From Phaeosaccion multiseriatum (lineage: Eukaryota; Protista; Ochrophyta, other classes), in the NCBI GenBank assembly GCA_965112735.1, contig OZ218959.1, forward strand, positions 2,728,001-2,792,000: DNA of 64,000 nt, written 5' to 3'. Positions 50,931-63,259 of the stretch are shown here, one piece after another; position 1 is the first letter of the stretch, and each line of letters starts with the position of its first letter. Under the pieces are notes generated by a model that was not told the origin of the DNA, did not search any database, and was given only the letters and a program-made list of their open reading frames with translations. The translations under genes and the position numbers were made by a program.

Positions 50931-53594
50931 ATGGGGAACTATTTGGACTCTCCAATCACATCAAAAGACACGCAACAGTATGAGAGACAGCCTGAGGATG
51001 TTGCCAAGGATGGCTTGTGCGCGGCAGCAAGTAGCATGCAAGGATGGAGGACAGAAATGGAAGACAGGTTCGGAGTGGAGCTTTAACCGAGAAACCGTGG
51101 GATGATGGTGGGGTCTTCTGCCCTCTTCTCTTGCTCCCTCTTCTTCTTATTTTCTTCTCCTCCGCCTCATCTATGACCTCCTTGTCCTCCCCCTCCTCCT
51201 CCTTGGCACAGAGTCTCGTGCCGTCTGGACATTGATACGCAGTTCTCCGGAGGGGTGCGTCACGTCTTCTCACTCTTCGACGGTCACGGTGGAGACGCAG
51301 TGGCCAGCTACCTCGGGGACAACATGATAGACGCTATTCTCGACGGGTTAAAGCAGAGGGTACAAGGGGAGCGGGGAGAGGGGAATCCAGATGGAGAATA
51401 CAACAGATCCTCCAACGGCGGCGACCACGACAACGATGCTGCAACGAGGAGCCAGTTGGGGGGTAGAGAAGCTAGTGACGGTGATGATGGTGGTGATGGT
51501 GGTGGTACTGGTGGTGGTGGTGGTTGTGGTGGTGGTGGTGGTGGTGGTGGTGGTGGTGGTGGTGGTGGTGGTGGTGGTGGTGGTGGTGGTGGTCGTGGTG
51601 GTGGTGATCGTGATGGTGGTGATGGTGGTGCTGGTGTTGCCACTGCTGCCGCAAAGTGCAATGTCCATCTCAGCCCCCAGGACATTGCGACAGTGGGCAA
51701 AGCTGTGTTCCTGCAGATGGACCAGGAGGTCAAGGCGCTTCTCTTCACTCGAACGGGCTGCTACCGCCCTCCTAGGGTGAGCGACGCCCTGGATGTGACA
51801 CCATTGAGTGCGCACACTGAGGAGCGACATCCAAGGAGGAGCTCCGGCCTCCGCATATCACCAACTGCTGCTTCTGCTGGTGGTGATGACGGTGGCGTGT
51901 CTTCTTCCGCCACCTCTAAAGCCTGTACCTTGAATCACTGGAACTGGCAGGTGAGGGTAGTGCATGCGGAAGAAACACGCCCGCCCCCCCCCTCCTCCTC
52001 CACTTCCCCTTCCTCCCAACCTCCCACCTCTGATCGGAACCAAACAAGGCTAAGACCTTGTGTGAGCAACTCTCCTTTTCACACCCAACCAATCCTCACT
52101 CTTACCTGCCTCGCTTCTGCCCCCACTCTCACCCACACACCCACTCACACACCCATACACCCACACAAACAAAGCAGAGCATGACCATGAATGAAGGCAC
52201 CCCGGACGGAGAGCGCACTTTGGCAGCAGCAGTAGGAGCTGCAGCAGCAGCAGCAGCCGGGCTCCCCGAGGGCGACGAACCCTTCCAAACGTGTGGGTCG
52301 ACAGCGCTGGTGGTGTGCGTGTCTGAAACTCATATCATCACGCTGAGCACTGGAGACTCAAGGGCAGTGCTAGCCCGGGAAGGAGTGGCCAAGGTGAGTG
52401 GGGTGCTAGTGGTGGTGGGACTGTATTAGTATTAGTAGTAGTAGTCGTAGTAGTAGTAGTAATAGTAGTAGTAGTAGTCGTCGTCGTCTCTTCTTCCTCC
52501 TCGTCCTCCTCCTTGTCCTTCTCACCCTCCTTGTCCACCCCCCCACCCCCCCCTCCTACCATGTGCAGGCTCTGTCTCACGACCACAAACCCGACAACCC
52601 CCTGGAGAGAGCGCGTGTGATCAAGGCAGGTGGAGGGGTGAGCTCAACGCGTGTTAACGGTCGACTCGCTCTGTCGAGGTGCATCGGAGATCACGCCTTC
52701 AAGGTGAGGGGATTAGTTCTCTCTTTCGCTGTTTGCTCTCTCTCCTCTCTCCTCTCTCCTTTCTCTTCGCCTCTCTCGCCCCACCCCCCCTCCTCTTTCT
52801 TCTCTCTCTCCCCGTTCTCTCCCTTCCTTCCTTCGTCTCCCTCCCTCCCTCCCTCCCTCCCTCCCTCCCTCCCTCCCTCCCTCCCTCCCTCCCTCCCTCC
52901 CTCCCTCCCTCCCTCCCTCCCTCCCTCCCTCCCTCCCTCCCTCCCTCCCTCCCTCCCTCCCTCCCTCCCTCCCTCCCTCCCTCCCTCCCTCCCTCCCTCC
53001 CTCCCTCCCTCCCTCCCTCCCTCCCTCCCTCCCTCCCTCCCTCCCTCCCTCCCTCCCTCCCTCCCTCCCTCCCTCCCTCCCTCCCTCCCTCCCTCCCTCC
53101 CTCCCTCCCTCCCTCCCTCCCTCCCTCCCTCCCTCCCTCCCTCCCTCCCTCCCTCCCTCCCTCCCTCCCTCCCTCCCTCCCTCCCTCCCTCCCTCCCTCC
53201 CTCCCTCCCTCCCTCCCTCCCTCCCTCCCTCCCTCCCTCCCTCCCTCCCTCCCTCCCTCCCTCCCTCCCTCCCTCCCTCCCTCCCTTCCTCTCTCCCTCC
53301 CTCCCTCCCTCCCTCCCTCCCTCCCTCCCTCCCTCCCCCCTTTCCTCTCTCTCTCCCTATCCCCTCCCTCACCTCCTCCTCCCTCCGTCTCCTCCCCCCC
53401 CTTCCCAGTGCCGGTCGGATCTCCCACCAGAGGAACAGATGGTAAGCTACGAGCCCGAGGTGAGCATCATGCCTCGCTGCGGTGACAAAGACGAGTTTCT
53501 CCTGCTGGCGTGTGACGGAATTTTCGACGTGATGGACAACGAAGCCGTGTGCGCCTTTGTCCGCGCACACATGAGGGAGGCCGAGACGTCTGGT

Positions 53595-53636
<42 letters not shown>

Positions 53637-54866
53637 GGTGCAAACAGCGGTGGTGGTGGTGGTGGTGGTGGTGGTGGTGGTGGTGGTGGTGGTAGTGATG
53701 GTGGTGGTTCAAGCGGTGGTGGTGTCAGTAGCGGTGGGGGTGTGAGAGGTGTCAGGATGGAGCCGGGCAAGACCGTGGAGGCGCTGCAGGATGCTTGCCT
53801 GGCCAAGCAGAGCAGAGACAACATGAGCGCCATCCTTGTCAACCTCAATTGCAATGCACCCATTGATAGCGCGGGTGAGTGAGTGAGTGAGTGAGTGTGT
53901 GAGTGAGGGAGTGATTGAGTGATTGATTGAGTGAGTGAGTGAGTGAGTGAGTGAGTGAGTGCGTGAGTGAGTGAGTGAGTGAGTGAGTGAGTGAGTGAGT
54001 GAGTGAGTGAGTGAGTGAGTGAGTGAGTGAGTGAGTGAGTGAGTGAGTGAGTGAGTGAGTGAGTGTGTGAGTGAGTGAGTGAGTGAGTGATTGAGTGAGT
54101 GAGTGAGTGAGTGAGTGATTGAGTGAGTGAGTGGGGCTAGGGATGGGGATGGGGAGATCAGAGTAGACTTTACAAGAAGAAAGACTTTTGGTGGGGCAGG
54201 AAGAAGGCGAAAGGGCCCTGCCATTACACCCATTTTCTCCACCAACCTCCTCCACCCCTCCACCCCTCCAACCCCCGCCACCTTCAGCCACCCGGCTGCA
54301 CTCGTCAGCGCGCTTCCTATTGACATGGTCCGTAGACACGGTGCTTCAGTGGCTCACGGTCAACGGCTTCGCGGAGTATAGGGATGACTTTGCGGCGAAA
54401 GGCATCGACGGAAGGGCGCTGTTGGAGGTGAGATGGAGAAGTCGATAAAGAGCTCAATGCAGAGGTCGATAAAAGAGATCGATACCTCTCTCTCCCTCTC
54501 TCTCTCAGTCTCTGTCTCTCTCTGCCTCTCTCTCTGCGACACTTCCCTGCCTTGGTTTGACGATGAAATACTTCTCCCTCCTTCCTCCTTTGTCCTCTAC
54601 CTCCTCTACCTCTCTCCCTCCCTCTCCCTCCCTCCCTCCCTCCCTCCCTCCCTCCCTCCCTCCCTCCCTCCCTCCCACCCTCGCGTCTCTGGCGTGGCTG
54701 CGCAGTTGACGGAAGCGGATCTGACCCGTGACCTGCACCTCAAAAAGGTCCGAAAAGAGAAGGGAGCCTCCATCCATCGCCATCCTCCTCCATCCATTGC
54801 CATCCCCCACACCCACTGTCATCATCATCATCCTCCTCCATCCATTGCCATCCCCCACACCCACTG

Positions 54867-54918
<52 letters not shown>

Positions 54919-54921
54919 GAT

Positions 54922-54988
<67 letters not shown>

Positions 54989-54998
54989 CCATCATCAC

Positions 54999-55039
<41 letters not shown>

Positions 55040-56934
55040 CCATCATATCCTCCTCCTCCTCCTTCTCCATTTACTGACATTCTCCTCCCCCCTCCCATAT
55101 TCTATTCTCCCCTCCTTCTCTCTCCCTCTTCCCTCCCTCCCCCCCTCTCGCTCCCTCTTCTGGCAGCTCGGCCTCCGCAAGAAGCTGTGGCGTAAGCTCA
55201 GTGTGCTTCCCCTGGGCTACCTCGCCTGGACAGAGGCAGACGTTACCACATGGCTTCAGGGCTGCGCATTGACACACCTCGAGAGCTACTTTGCAGCCCG
55301 ACACATCGACGGACAGGTTCGGAAAGAGTTTCAGTTTCAGTCTGATGGCGGGGTCCGCCCCTTCAGCTCAAGCCCTCGCCTCCCGTCCTCCGCTCCCCCC
55401 ACTCGCCCCACCCCCCTCCTCACCATCCACTGTCATTCCTCCCTCCTCTCCCTCCCCTCCTCCTCTCCTCCCCCTCCCCCACCTGCCATCCACTCGCTTC
55501 TCTCCCTCCCTTCGGTCTTGCGGCAAAACAGGTTCTCGCGGATTGCTGCAGCTGCAGAAGCGGCAGTGGGCCCGTGTTTTTCGGAGGGGAGGGCCAAGAA
55601 ACAGGCCAGAGAGAAGGAAGAGCAGGAGGAGGGAGGACAAGAGAAGGGGGAGGAGGTCCAGGCCCGGAGGAGGAGGAGCATGAGAACGTGGCTCTGTATC
55701 ACCAACTAGAGCAGCTCTGCGGACGCTTGCTGAGTCTTCTGTCGAGTAAGATGCTGCCGCCTCCCTCCGTGGCGAGCGTACTCCGCTTGGCAGTGGCGGT
55801 GAACGCGTTGGTGATACAGGGGATGGGCACAGAACACATGGCCCTCCACAGCACCGATTGCCTGGCGCAGATGTTTGATGACATTCTGAGCGAGCACGAG
55901 CACGACGAGGACGAGGACGGAAACGAAGAGGAGGAGGAGGAAGAGGGAAAGGAGCATCAGGCTGCGTCTCCTTCTCCGTCTCCTCCTTCACCTTCTCGGG
56001 TACCCTCTCCGCATCGGCAAAGGCAAGGCGAGGACAAGGACGAGGACGAGGAGGAGGAGGAGGAGGAGGAGGAGGAGGAGGAGGAGGAGGAGGAGGAGGG
56101 GGAGGGGGAGGCAAAGAGGAGGATGAGGCGGAGGAGGAGGAGGAGGAGGAGGAGGAGGAGAAGGCCCAGCCGCGGCAAGAGCGTGACCGGGGAGGTTACT
56201 TCTGCCGCTCCTGATGGAGAGGGGAATAAGTACAGGCTTGGAGATGATGATGTAAAGAGCAGAGGGAGGGGAGAACAAGGAGCGAGAGAAGGCGGAGGGA
56301 GAGGGGGAGGGAGAGGGAGAGAGAGAGACCAAGGCCGCGAGGAGGGACCCAGGGGACTCAGGCAAGCAAGAGGACGGGGCATGACCTGGGGCAGTCTGCA
56401 GGACAGCGTGGCGATGCAGCAACAGCACTTTGGGCACCTCTTTGGGGATCCAGCAGTTGGTGATACAGTTACCGATGGACTACATGTAGATGGCACAGTA
56501 GATGGAGCAGGAGGGGGCTGGTATCGGGGCATCCATGGCCCTGGGAGGAGGAGAGGGAAAGGGAAAGGGAAAGGGAAAGGGAGTAGTAGACATGGCATCG
56601 AGAGGGATAGAGGAGAAGGAGGAGGAGAACGAGGAGGAGAGACGTACGCGGAGGTGGAAGGGCCACAAAAAAGGTATTGGTTAGTGGGTCAGAGAGGAGA
56701 GAGAGACTACAGCAGTGACTTTACTGTTGGCGACGACGAGGATGTCGAACAGGGAGGGCAGAGAGGAGCGAGAGGGAAGCAGCAGCAGCGAGGAGGAGTA
56801 GAGCACAGGCTGAGGCCACAAACGGCGCAGCAGTACCTTCGCCGAAAGGGGGGAGGACAGAAACGGGCGGAAGGCACTGGAGGATCGCCGTCGTCGGATG
56901 ACGATCACCAGCCTCGGGGGGGAGGGGCAGCCGC

Positions 56935-56982
<48 letters not shown>

Positions 56983-57826
56983 TGGTGATACAGCAGCAGC
57001 GGTCTACTCAGCACATATAAAGGTAGGGCGGAGGATGAGCAGAGGCTCGAGCAGGGGCAGAGGCTACAAGACTGGTCTGGGCAAGGAGAATGAAGGCAAG
57101 ACCTGCCACCACAACGAGGAGAAAGAGGAGGACGGGGAGGAAGGAGAGGAGGGGGAGAAGGAGGGCAGCCGCAGGAAGGCAGCAGATGATGCCGCTGCAG
57201 ATGATGCCGACGGCGGCAGGGGGGGAGCAGAAGGCTCACTCCCCGGGGGGACGAGCGGCAACTTGAGGCGGAGGCGGAGCTCTCTCAGGTGTGTGGTTGG
57301 GCGTGGAGGGCGTGCGTGACGGCATCACGGGTGGGGGAGCGGCGCGGGTGGAAGGTTCCGTGCGGGATCTAACATACCCCCATCCTGCTTCCTCTCCTTC
57401 GTGTCGGTGCATTCGTTTTGTCCTGTGCTCTCTTTGCCGTTTCTCACCTCTTACCTGTCTCTCTCTGCGTCTCTCTCTCTCCTCTCTACTGATTGGGTAC
57501 ATGTGTGTGTGTGTGTGTGTACGATACGCAGCAACTTTTTCTCTGCGGAGAGGCGGAGGAGCTCTCTACTGCGCGTACACGCCGAGGATACCCCGGGTGA
57601 ACAGACCCCGGGGGGACAGACCCCGGTGGCGGTAGAGGGAGGCAGAGGCAGCGCGGGCGAACACACATCTGTCAAGGAGCAAGGTCAACATCAGAGCGAG
57701 GGGGCAGAGTCGAGGATGGCAGTGGATGGGGCAGCGGAGGCAGGCAACAGCAGGCACAAGCTGCTTCCTCCTCTGAAGCAACAAAACTCCCTCGGGTGGA
57801 GATCGTTCCGCCGCCTAAAGAAATAG
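50931..57826 (+). CDS. Protein phosphatase 2C (PPM family) with two SAM domains and a long low-complexity tail; about 10 exons
   Basis: MGNYLDSP..K, SSMQGWRTEMED, FSLFDGHGG, GSTA, GDSRAVL, LSHDHKP..ERARV..GG..RVNGRLALSRCIGD, FLLLACDGIFDV and SRDNMS. Then WSVDTVLQWL..F..Y..F..KGIDGRALLELTEADL..L.L.KLGLRKKL and a second WTEADVTTWL..F..HIDG. Confidence 0.88.
52839..53336. repeat. (CCCT)n intronic microsatellite, ~500 bp
   Basis: Directly visible. Confidence 0.97.
53875..54133. repeat. (GAGT)n microsatellite beginning at a GTGAGT splice donor
   Basis: Directly visible. Confidence 0.95.
54866..55045. repeat. (CAT)n intronic microsatellite, preceded by a 48-bp tandem duplication (~54781-54876)
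   Basis: Directly visible. Confidence 0.92.
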
Positions 57827-58596
57827 AGGCGTTTCAGAAATAGAGGGGTTGCCATTGCGTAGGGCTTCACCCAAGCGTTACCTGACAGCAGAGGCTTGCT
57901 TGCATGCGCACACGACATCCGCGTCTGTGTCCCCCCCCCGGTCTGCCTCACGGCTGCCGCCCCCATGGTCCCATCGGCGTGCATACCGCTTTCCGCCATT
58001 CCGGAGCGATGTTGTTCTCCAGACAGGCCGTCCTCCCCCCCTCCTCTTATCTATACCTGATGAATGGAGAGATACGAAGCCTGTCGTAGCAGAAGAAGTA
58101 GGCGACGTGTGATGAGGCGGAGGCAGCAGCCAGGAAGAAAACGTCCTCTTCATCCTCTTGTTCCTTTCCCTCTTAACCTCCGTGCTGAAGGGGGTGCTCC
58201 TCTCCATGGCTGCAATAGCCGTGGAGGGGAGAGGGAACTTCGCCAACACGTTGCAAAATAAAAGACTCCGATCTCCAGTCCGAACGTCCGAAGGGAGGTC
58301 ACTGTCACTTTCACTTTCAGTTTCAGTTTCAGTTTCATATTATGGCACCTCCCTATCCCCCTCAGACGCGGCGAGAAGGCACAGAAGCTTCGATATAATG
58401 TAATGTTCCACATATGGGTGTTCGATACTGATAAGGTCAACCATTTAGAAACCCAAAACTCCTCCTCCTCCTCCTCCTCCTCCTCCTCCTCCTCCTCCTC
58501 CTCCTCCTCCTCCTCCTCCTCCTCCTCCTCCTCCTCCTCCTACATACACCCCACCCCACATTCTCTTGTACAACTTACAATCAGACAACTGGCCAC

Positions 58597-61500
58597 TCAC
58601 TCCCTCTCCTCGCCTCCCTCGCACGTGCCGCATCGCAGGCAAATGTCCATACAGTACACAAACTCGTCACGACAGCCCACCAACAGCATCCTCCCCACCA
58701 CCACCACCGACGAGAAGACATGCCCGGGCAAGCGCAGGGCCGCCACACTGCCGCCATCCTCCACCCTCAGCACCCGCACCGTTCCACACGTCGCCGCCAC
58801 GCACACCACAGCCACCCCCCTGATTCGGCAGCGCTGACAGGGGACCAAACAGGCAAAGGCCGAGGAGAAGACCGAGGGAGGCGACAGGCCCGCGGCGGCA
58901 GGCGATGGACGCAGCAGCGGCGGGGGTGGTGCTGCCCTGCTATGGGGAGGAAGAGCTTCTTCTGTAACGGTCGCGGAGTCGGAGATGAGCGAACTCCACG
59001 CCAGCTCAGGCAGGTGGGGGGTTGGAGGGGGTGACACGCACACAGCCGTACTTTTCTCAGCCACGGTACCATCCTTGCCTCTGCCCCGCTCCTCCTCCTC
59101 CTCCTCCTCCTCCTCCTGCTGGTCCTCCTCCGCATCCGTCCTCTCCCCCTCCCCTGCCTCCTCGCAGTCTCTGCCGCTGCGCTGAAGAAGAGGTAATCTC
59201 AGGCAGTAGAGCCGACCGTCGTTGGAGCCCACGAAGACAAAAGCAAAGCGCTCCCCAGCGGAGCGTGATCCCCCCGGGGCGGCCGTCCCGCTCTCTCCAA
59301 GCCCAAGCCCTTCCCCTTCAACCCCCCCCCCTCCCCCTCCCTCTCCCTCCTCCTCATCCTCCTCCCTCCCGATCCATACAACCGGGGAGGAGAAGAGAGG
59401 TTGCGGAGGAGGAGGAGGAGGAGGAGGAGGCGACTCAGACTGGGCAGTCGCCTCCTTCCTACCACCACCTACCCTGTGCGCAGCACCAGCACCAGTTTCA
59501 GCAGTAGTAGTAGTAGTCGTAGTCGTAGTCGTAGTCGTAGGAGGCCCAGCACAAGTCCCCCCACCTCGTATCACCAACTGCTCTTCCTCCAGCAGTCGCA
59601 TCCATCCTCTGTTAAGCTCCGCTGCCCATAGCCTGCTCCCCGCCTTGCTCCAACAAGAAAGCACCCCATCCACAGAGGCAACCAACAATAGTCGCGTACG
59701 GTCGTCGCCATCGCTGTCGCCGCCATCATCATTACGTCCACAAACACCGGCGGGTAGGAGGGCAGGAGTCGCGAAACAGGGGGCTCCGATTTCTCGACAC
59801 CAAGCCACGCGCCCGTCCGCCTCCCTCAGCTGCCACAACAGACCACCTGTGGTGACCACATAGACCACACCTCCTGACTCTTCCCCTCGCGCTTCCCCTT
59901 GCTGCTCTTCATGACCATCTGCATGTTGCTGTTCTTCTCGCCCTTGCGTGTCGTGCACAGGGGAGGCATACACCGCTCCAATAGCGCGCCTCACACCACC
60001 TCCTCGGGCTGCTCCTCCGGCTGCTCCTCCTCGGGTTGCTCCTCCACTGCTGTCGCCGCTGCTGCCATTTGTAACCTTCCTGCTGCTACTGTTGGTGCTT
60101 CTGCCACTGCCACTGCCACTGCTGCTGTTGGTGTTGGTGCCACCCCCCCCATGTGAGGAGGAGCAATTGGTCGTCCACAGTCGACGTCCCGTCCCCTGTG
60201 AGAGGCAGTACACCGAGCCGTCGTGGCAGCCAACGAGGACAACCGGGAGGCGCCCGTCGGACTGCGGTGCTTGCAGTGCAGGCAGAGGATCGCGAGAGCT
60301 GCTGCTGCTACTGCTACTGCTACTGCCACCACTCCTAGTGCTGATACCACTGCTTCTACTGCTGTCGCTCCTGCTCTTGCTGCTCCTCCTCCCCCTGCTG
60401 CTGCTGCTGCTGTTGCTAATGCTGGTGATGATGTCCGTGGCCACAGGACTGCATTTGATGACATCTCCCAACACCGCTGACCACCCGACGCGGCCCGATG
60501 AGGCGTGCAAGGCGTACAAATGGCGGTCATAGCAGCCCACAAACACCAACATGGGTCCTGGTGCCAAGCTGCTGCTGCATGCTGGTGACGACTCTATTCG
60601 ATCGGGCAGCTCTGTCGCAGACGGATGGACGGACGGATGGATGGGTGGATAGATGGGTGAGCGGATGGATGATGGATAGATAATAGATAGAGAGAGATTG
60701 AGAGAAATGGGGAGATGGAGAGATGAAGATAGAGAAGAGATGGATAGATAGAGACATCGAGCAGCAACATAGAGGGCAATGACGAAGAGAACATTCACGG
60801 GAGGGTCAGCAGGGGGCACAGCCAAACAACGTTGGGCAATCTTGCTCTCCACTCAAGCTCGTCTCACTGCCACCCATTCGAAAAGAAAATAGCTTTACAG
60901 TGTAGCAGGAGGGACGAAACGTCAAAGCGAGACAGAGGGAGGCATGGAGACAGACAGAGATGGAGAGGGAAAGAGAGAGAGAGAGAGAGAGAGAGACTCA
61001 CCTGTCGACCACTTGACCGCTCCGGAGACAAAATCCATGCACTTGAAGCTCCCGCTGTGCGACCCGACATACACCCTCCCTGCTGACCTCCCATGCCCGC
61101 CCCCAACCCCAACACCACTCTCCTCTAGCAAGCTTTTGCTTCTGTGAGGGATATCCCTTCCGCATGCACATCCTCTGTTAGTCACCTTTTGTATACACAT
61201 TGATGTCTCTGTACTTCGCGCTCCTCCTCCGGCTCCGTCTCCTCCTCCTCCTCCTCCTCCCCCAACCCCCCCAATCAACACCAGGGGGGTTGCATCTATA
61301 CATTTCTGCAGCCAAACGCGCCACAAGACGCTCAGCTCCCCAGCCACATTAGCACCACCACCGCCCCCACCACCGCCACCACCACCACTATCACCACTAT
61401 CACCACCACCGCCACCACCACTATCACCACTACCACCACCAGTGGCAGCAGCAGCAAGCGCCAGCCCAGAAGCCTCTTCAGACACCTTCATGGCGATGGT

Positions 61501-62345
61501 TCCAGGCCTGCCACCATCGTCGGGCATGTGCTTGAGCTTGGGCCCGGCGAGGGAGGCTCGCGGTGGGGAGGAGAGGCACGTCGAGCGAAGGTGGCGAAGA
61601 GAAAGGCCGCTTTGAGTTCGCCCCACCACGCAAGTCACCTCATACCTCTCTCCACGTTCCTCCTCCTCCCTCTCCTTCTCCTCTTCCTCGTCCTCCTCCT
61701 CCTCGTCCCCCTCCTCCTTCTCCTCCTCTCCTTCCCCCTCCTTGGAGGCCTCCACTTTCGAAAAGACGATGTCTACGCCAACAGAACCGTCACCCCCGCC
61801 TTGAGTACACAGCTTCCGTCGCTTCGGGAGAGGACTGAGATACCCAGACGATACAGACGGTGGCACTGCTGCTGCTCCTGCTGCTGCTCCTGCTGCTGAT
61901 GCTATCGGTAGTGGTGAGTGGTTGCTTCCAGCCGTGGCCTCCACAGATGCCGCTGCTGTGGCGAGTATACGCTGTTTCAGTATCGATATCAAATGGCACA
62001 TCTGGGCAGATTCGACCACGTCCCCAGGCGAGACGGGCACTCCTAACGCCTGCTGCAGCTCCCAAGCCACTTGCACAGCTCGGAGGGAGTCCCCCCCGAG
62101 CGCGTGGAAGGAGCTCTGGAGCAGCAACGCGGAGGGCAAGGCGCCATTTTCCGGTGCATCATCATCATCTTCTTCTCCTCCTTCTCCTCCTCCTCCTCCT
62201 CCTCGAAAGAGTAGAGGCTGCAAAACTCCCAGGGCCCGCACAAGCGCTGCTTCGATCACCTTCTCTGTGTTGCCGCCATCAGTCTTCCTTAGCCCCAAGG
62301 ATACGTCACCACTACGATCATCACCACCACCACCACTACCACCAC

Positions 62346-62383
<38 letters not shown>

Positions 62384-63211
62384 CCATTACCACCAGTGGC
62401 AGTAGCAGCTGCGTTGCTACTATGCGTCCCCTCGCCTTGCCCCTCCTGCTCCCCCCTGCACCGCAGATACGTGTCGAGGAGGAAGCGCCGGTGCACCTTC
62501 TGGGTGGCCGTCATTGGCAGCAGCTGTTTCCGTGGCTGTATGACCAACTGTTGTGGCTGAGGCTGCGTATCTGCAGCCCTCCTTTGGTTGTGGTGGTGGT
62601 GTGTGTGCAGTGGGGCTCCTCCATACTCGACGAACAGGGAGGGCATTTGAGAGGGAGAGAGTGCCAGTGATCCCTGCTGCAGAGCTTGCCGGAGGTCTCG
62701 TTCGCCACTCGGACTGAGCCGTTGCATAGTCCTGAAGTCGCGGCCCTCCTCGACATCACTATCGATCACCTCGACATCGATGACCTCACTTCTTCCAACC
62801 TCCTCCTCCCTGCCTTCTTCCGCGGCACGACAAGCATGATGATGCTGCTGCTGCTCCTCCTCCTCCTCCTGCTGCTGCTGCCGCTGCTGCTGCTCCTGGA
62901 GCTTGCCTTCCCACCGCCCTCTGGCCAGAATGCAAACCAGTCGTGCCTCTCTCTGCACCCACACCACACACACCGCCCCCGCCTCGATACCCGCACATTC
63001 ACAAATGGCGGCCTCCACGCCCTCGGGCACCACCTTCACTCCGCGCACCTTGACCGTGGTGTCTAGTCTTCCCCGCCAGTGCAAGATCCCACCTTGCCGT
63101 ACAACTACATCCCCTGTTCGAAAGCAGCGCTCCCCCTCCTCTCCCCCTCCTCCTGCTCCTGCTGAATCCGAACTCCTCGGCGGCAACTTGGTGAAAGCAG
63201 CAGTTGGTGAT

Positions 63212-63259
<48 letters not shown>

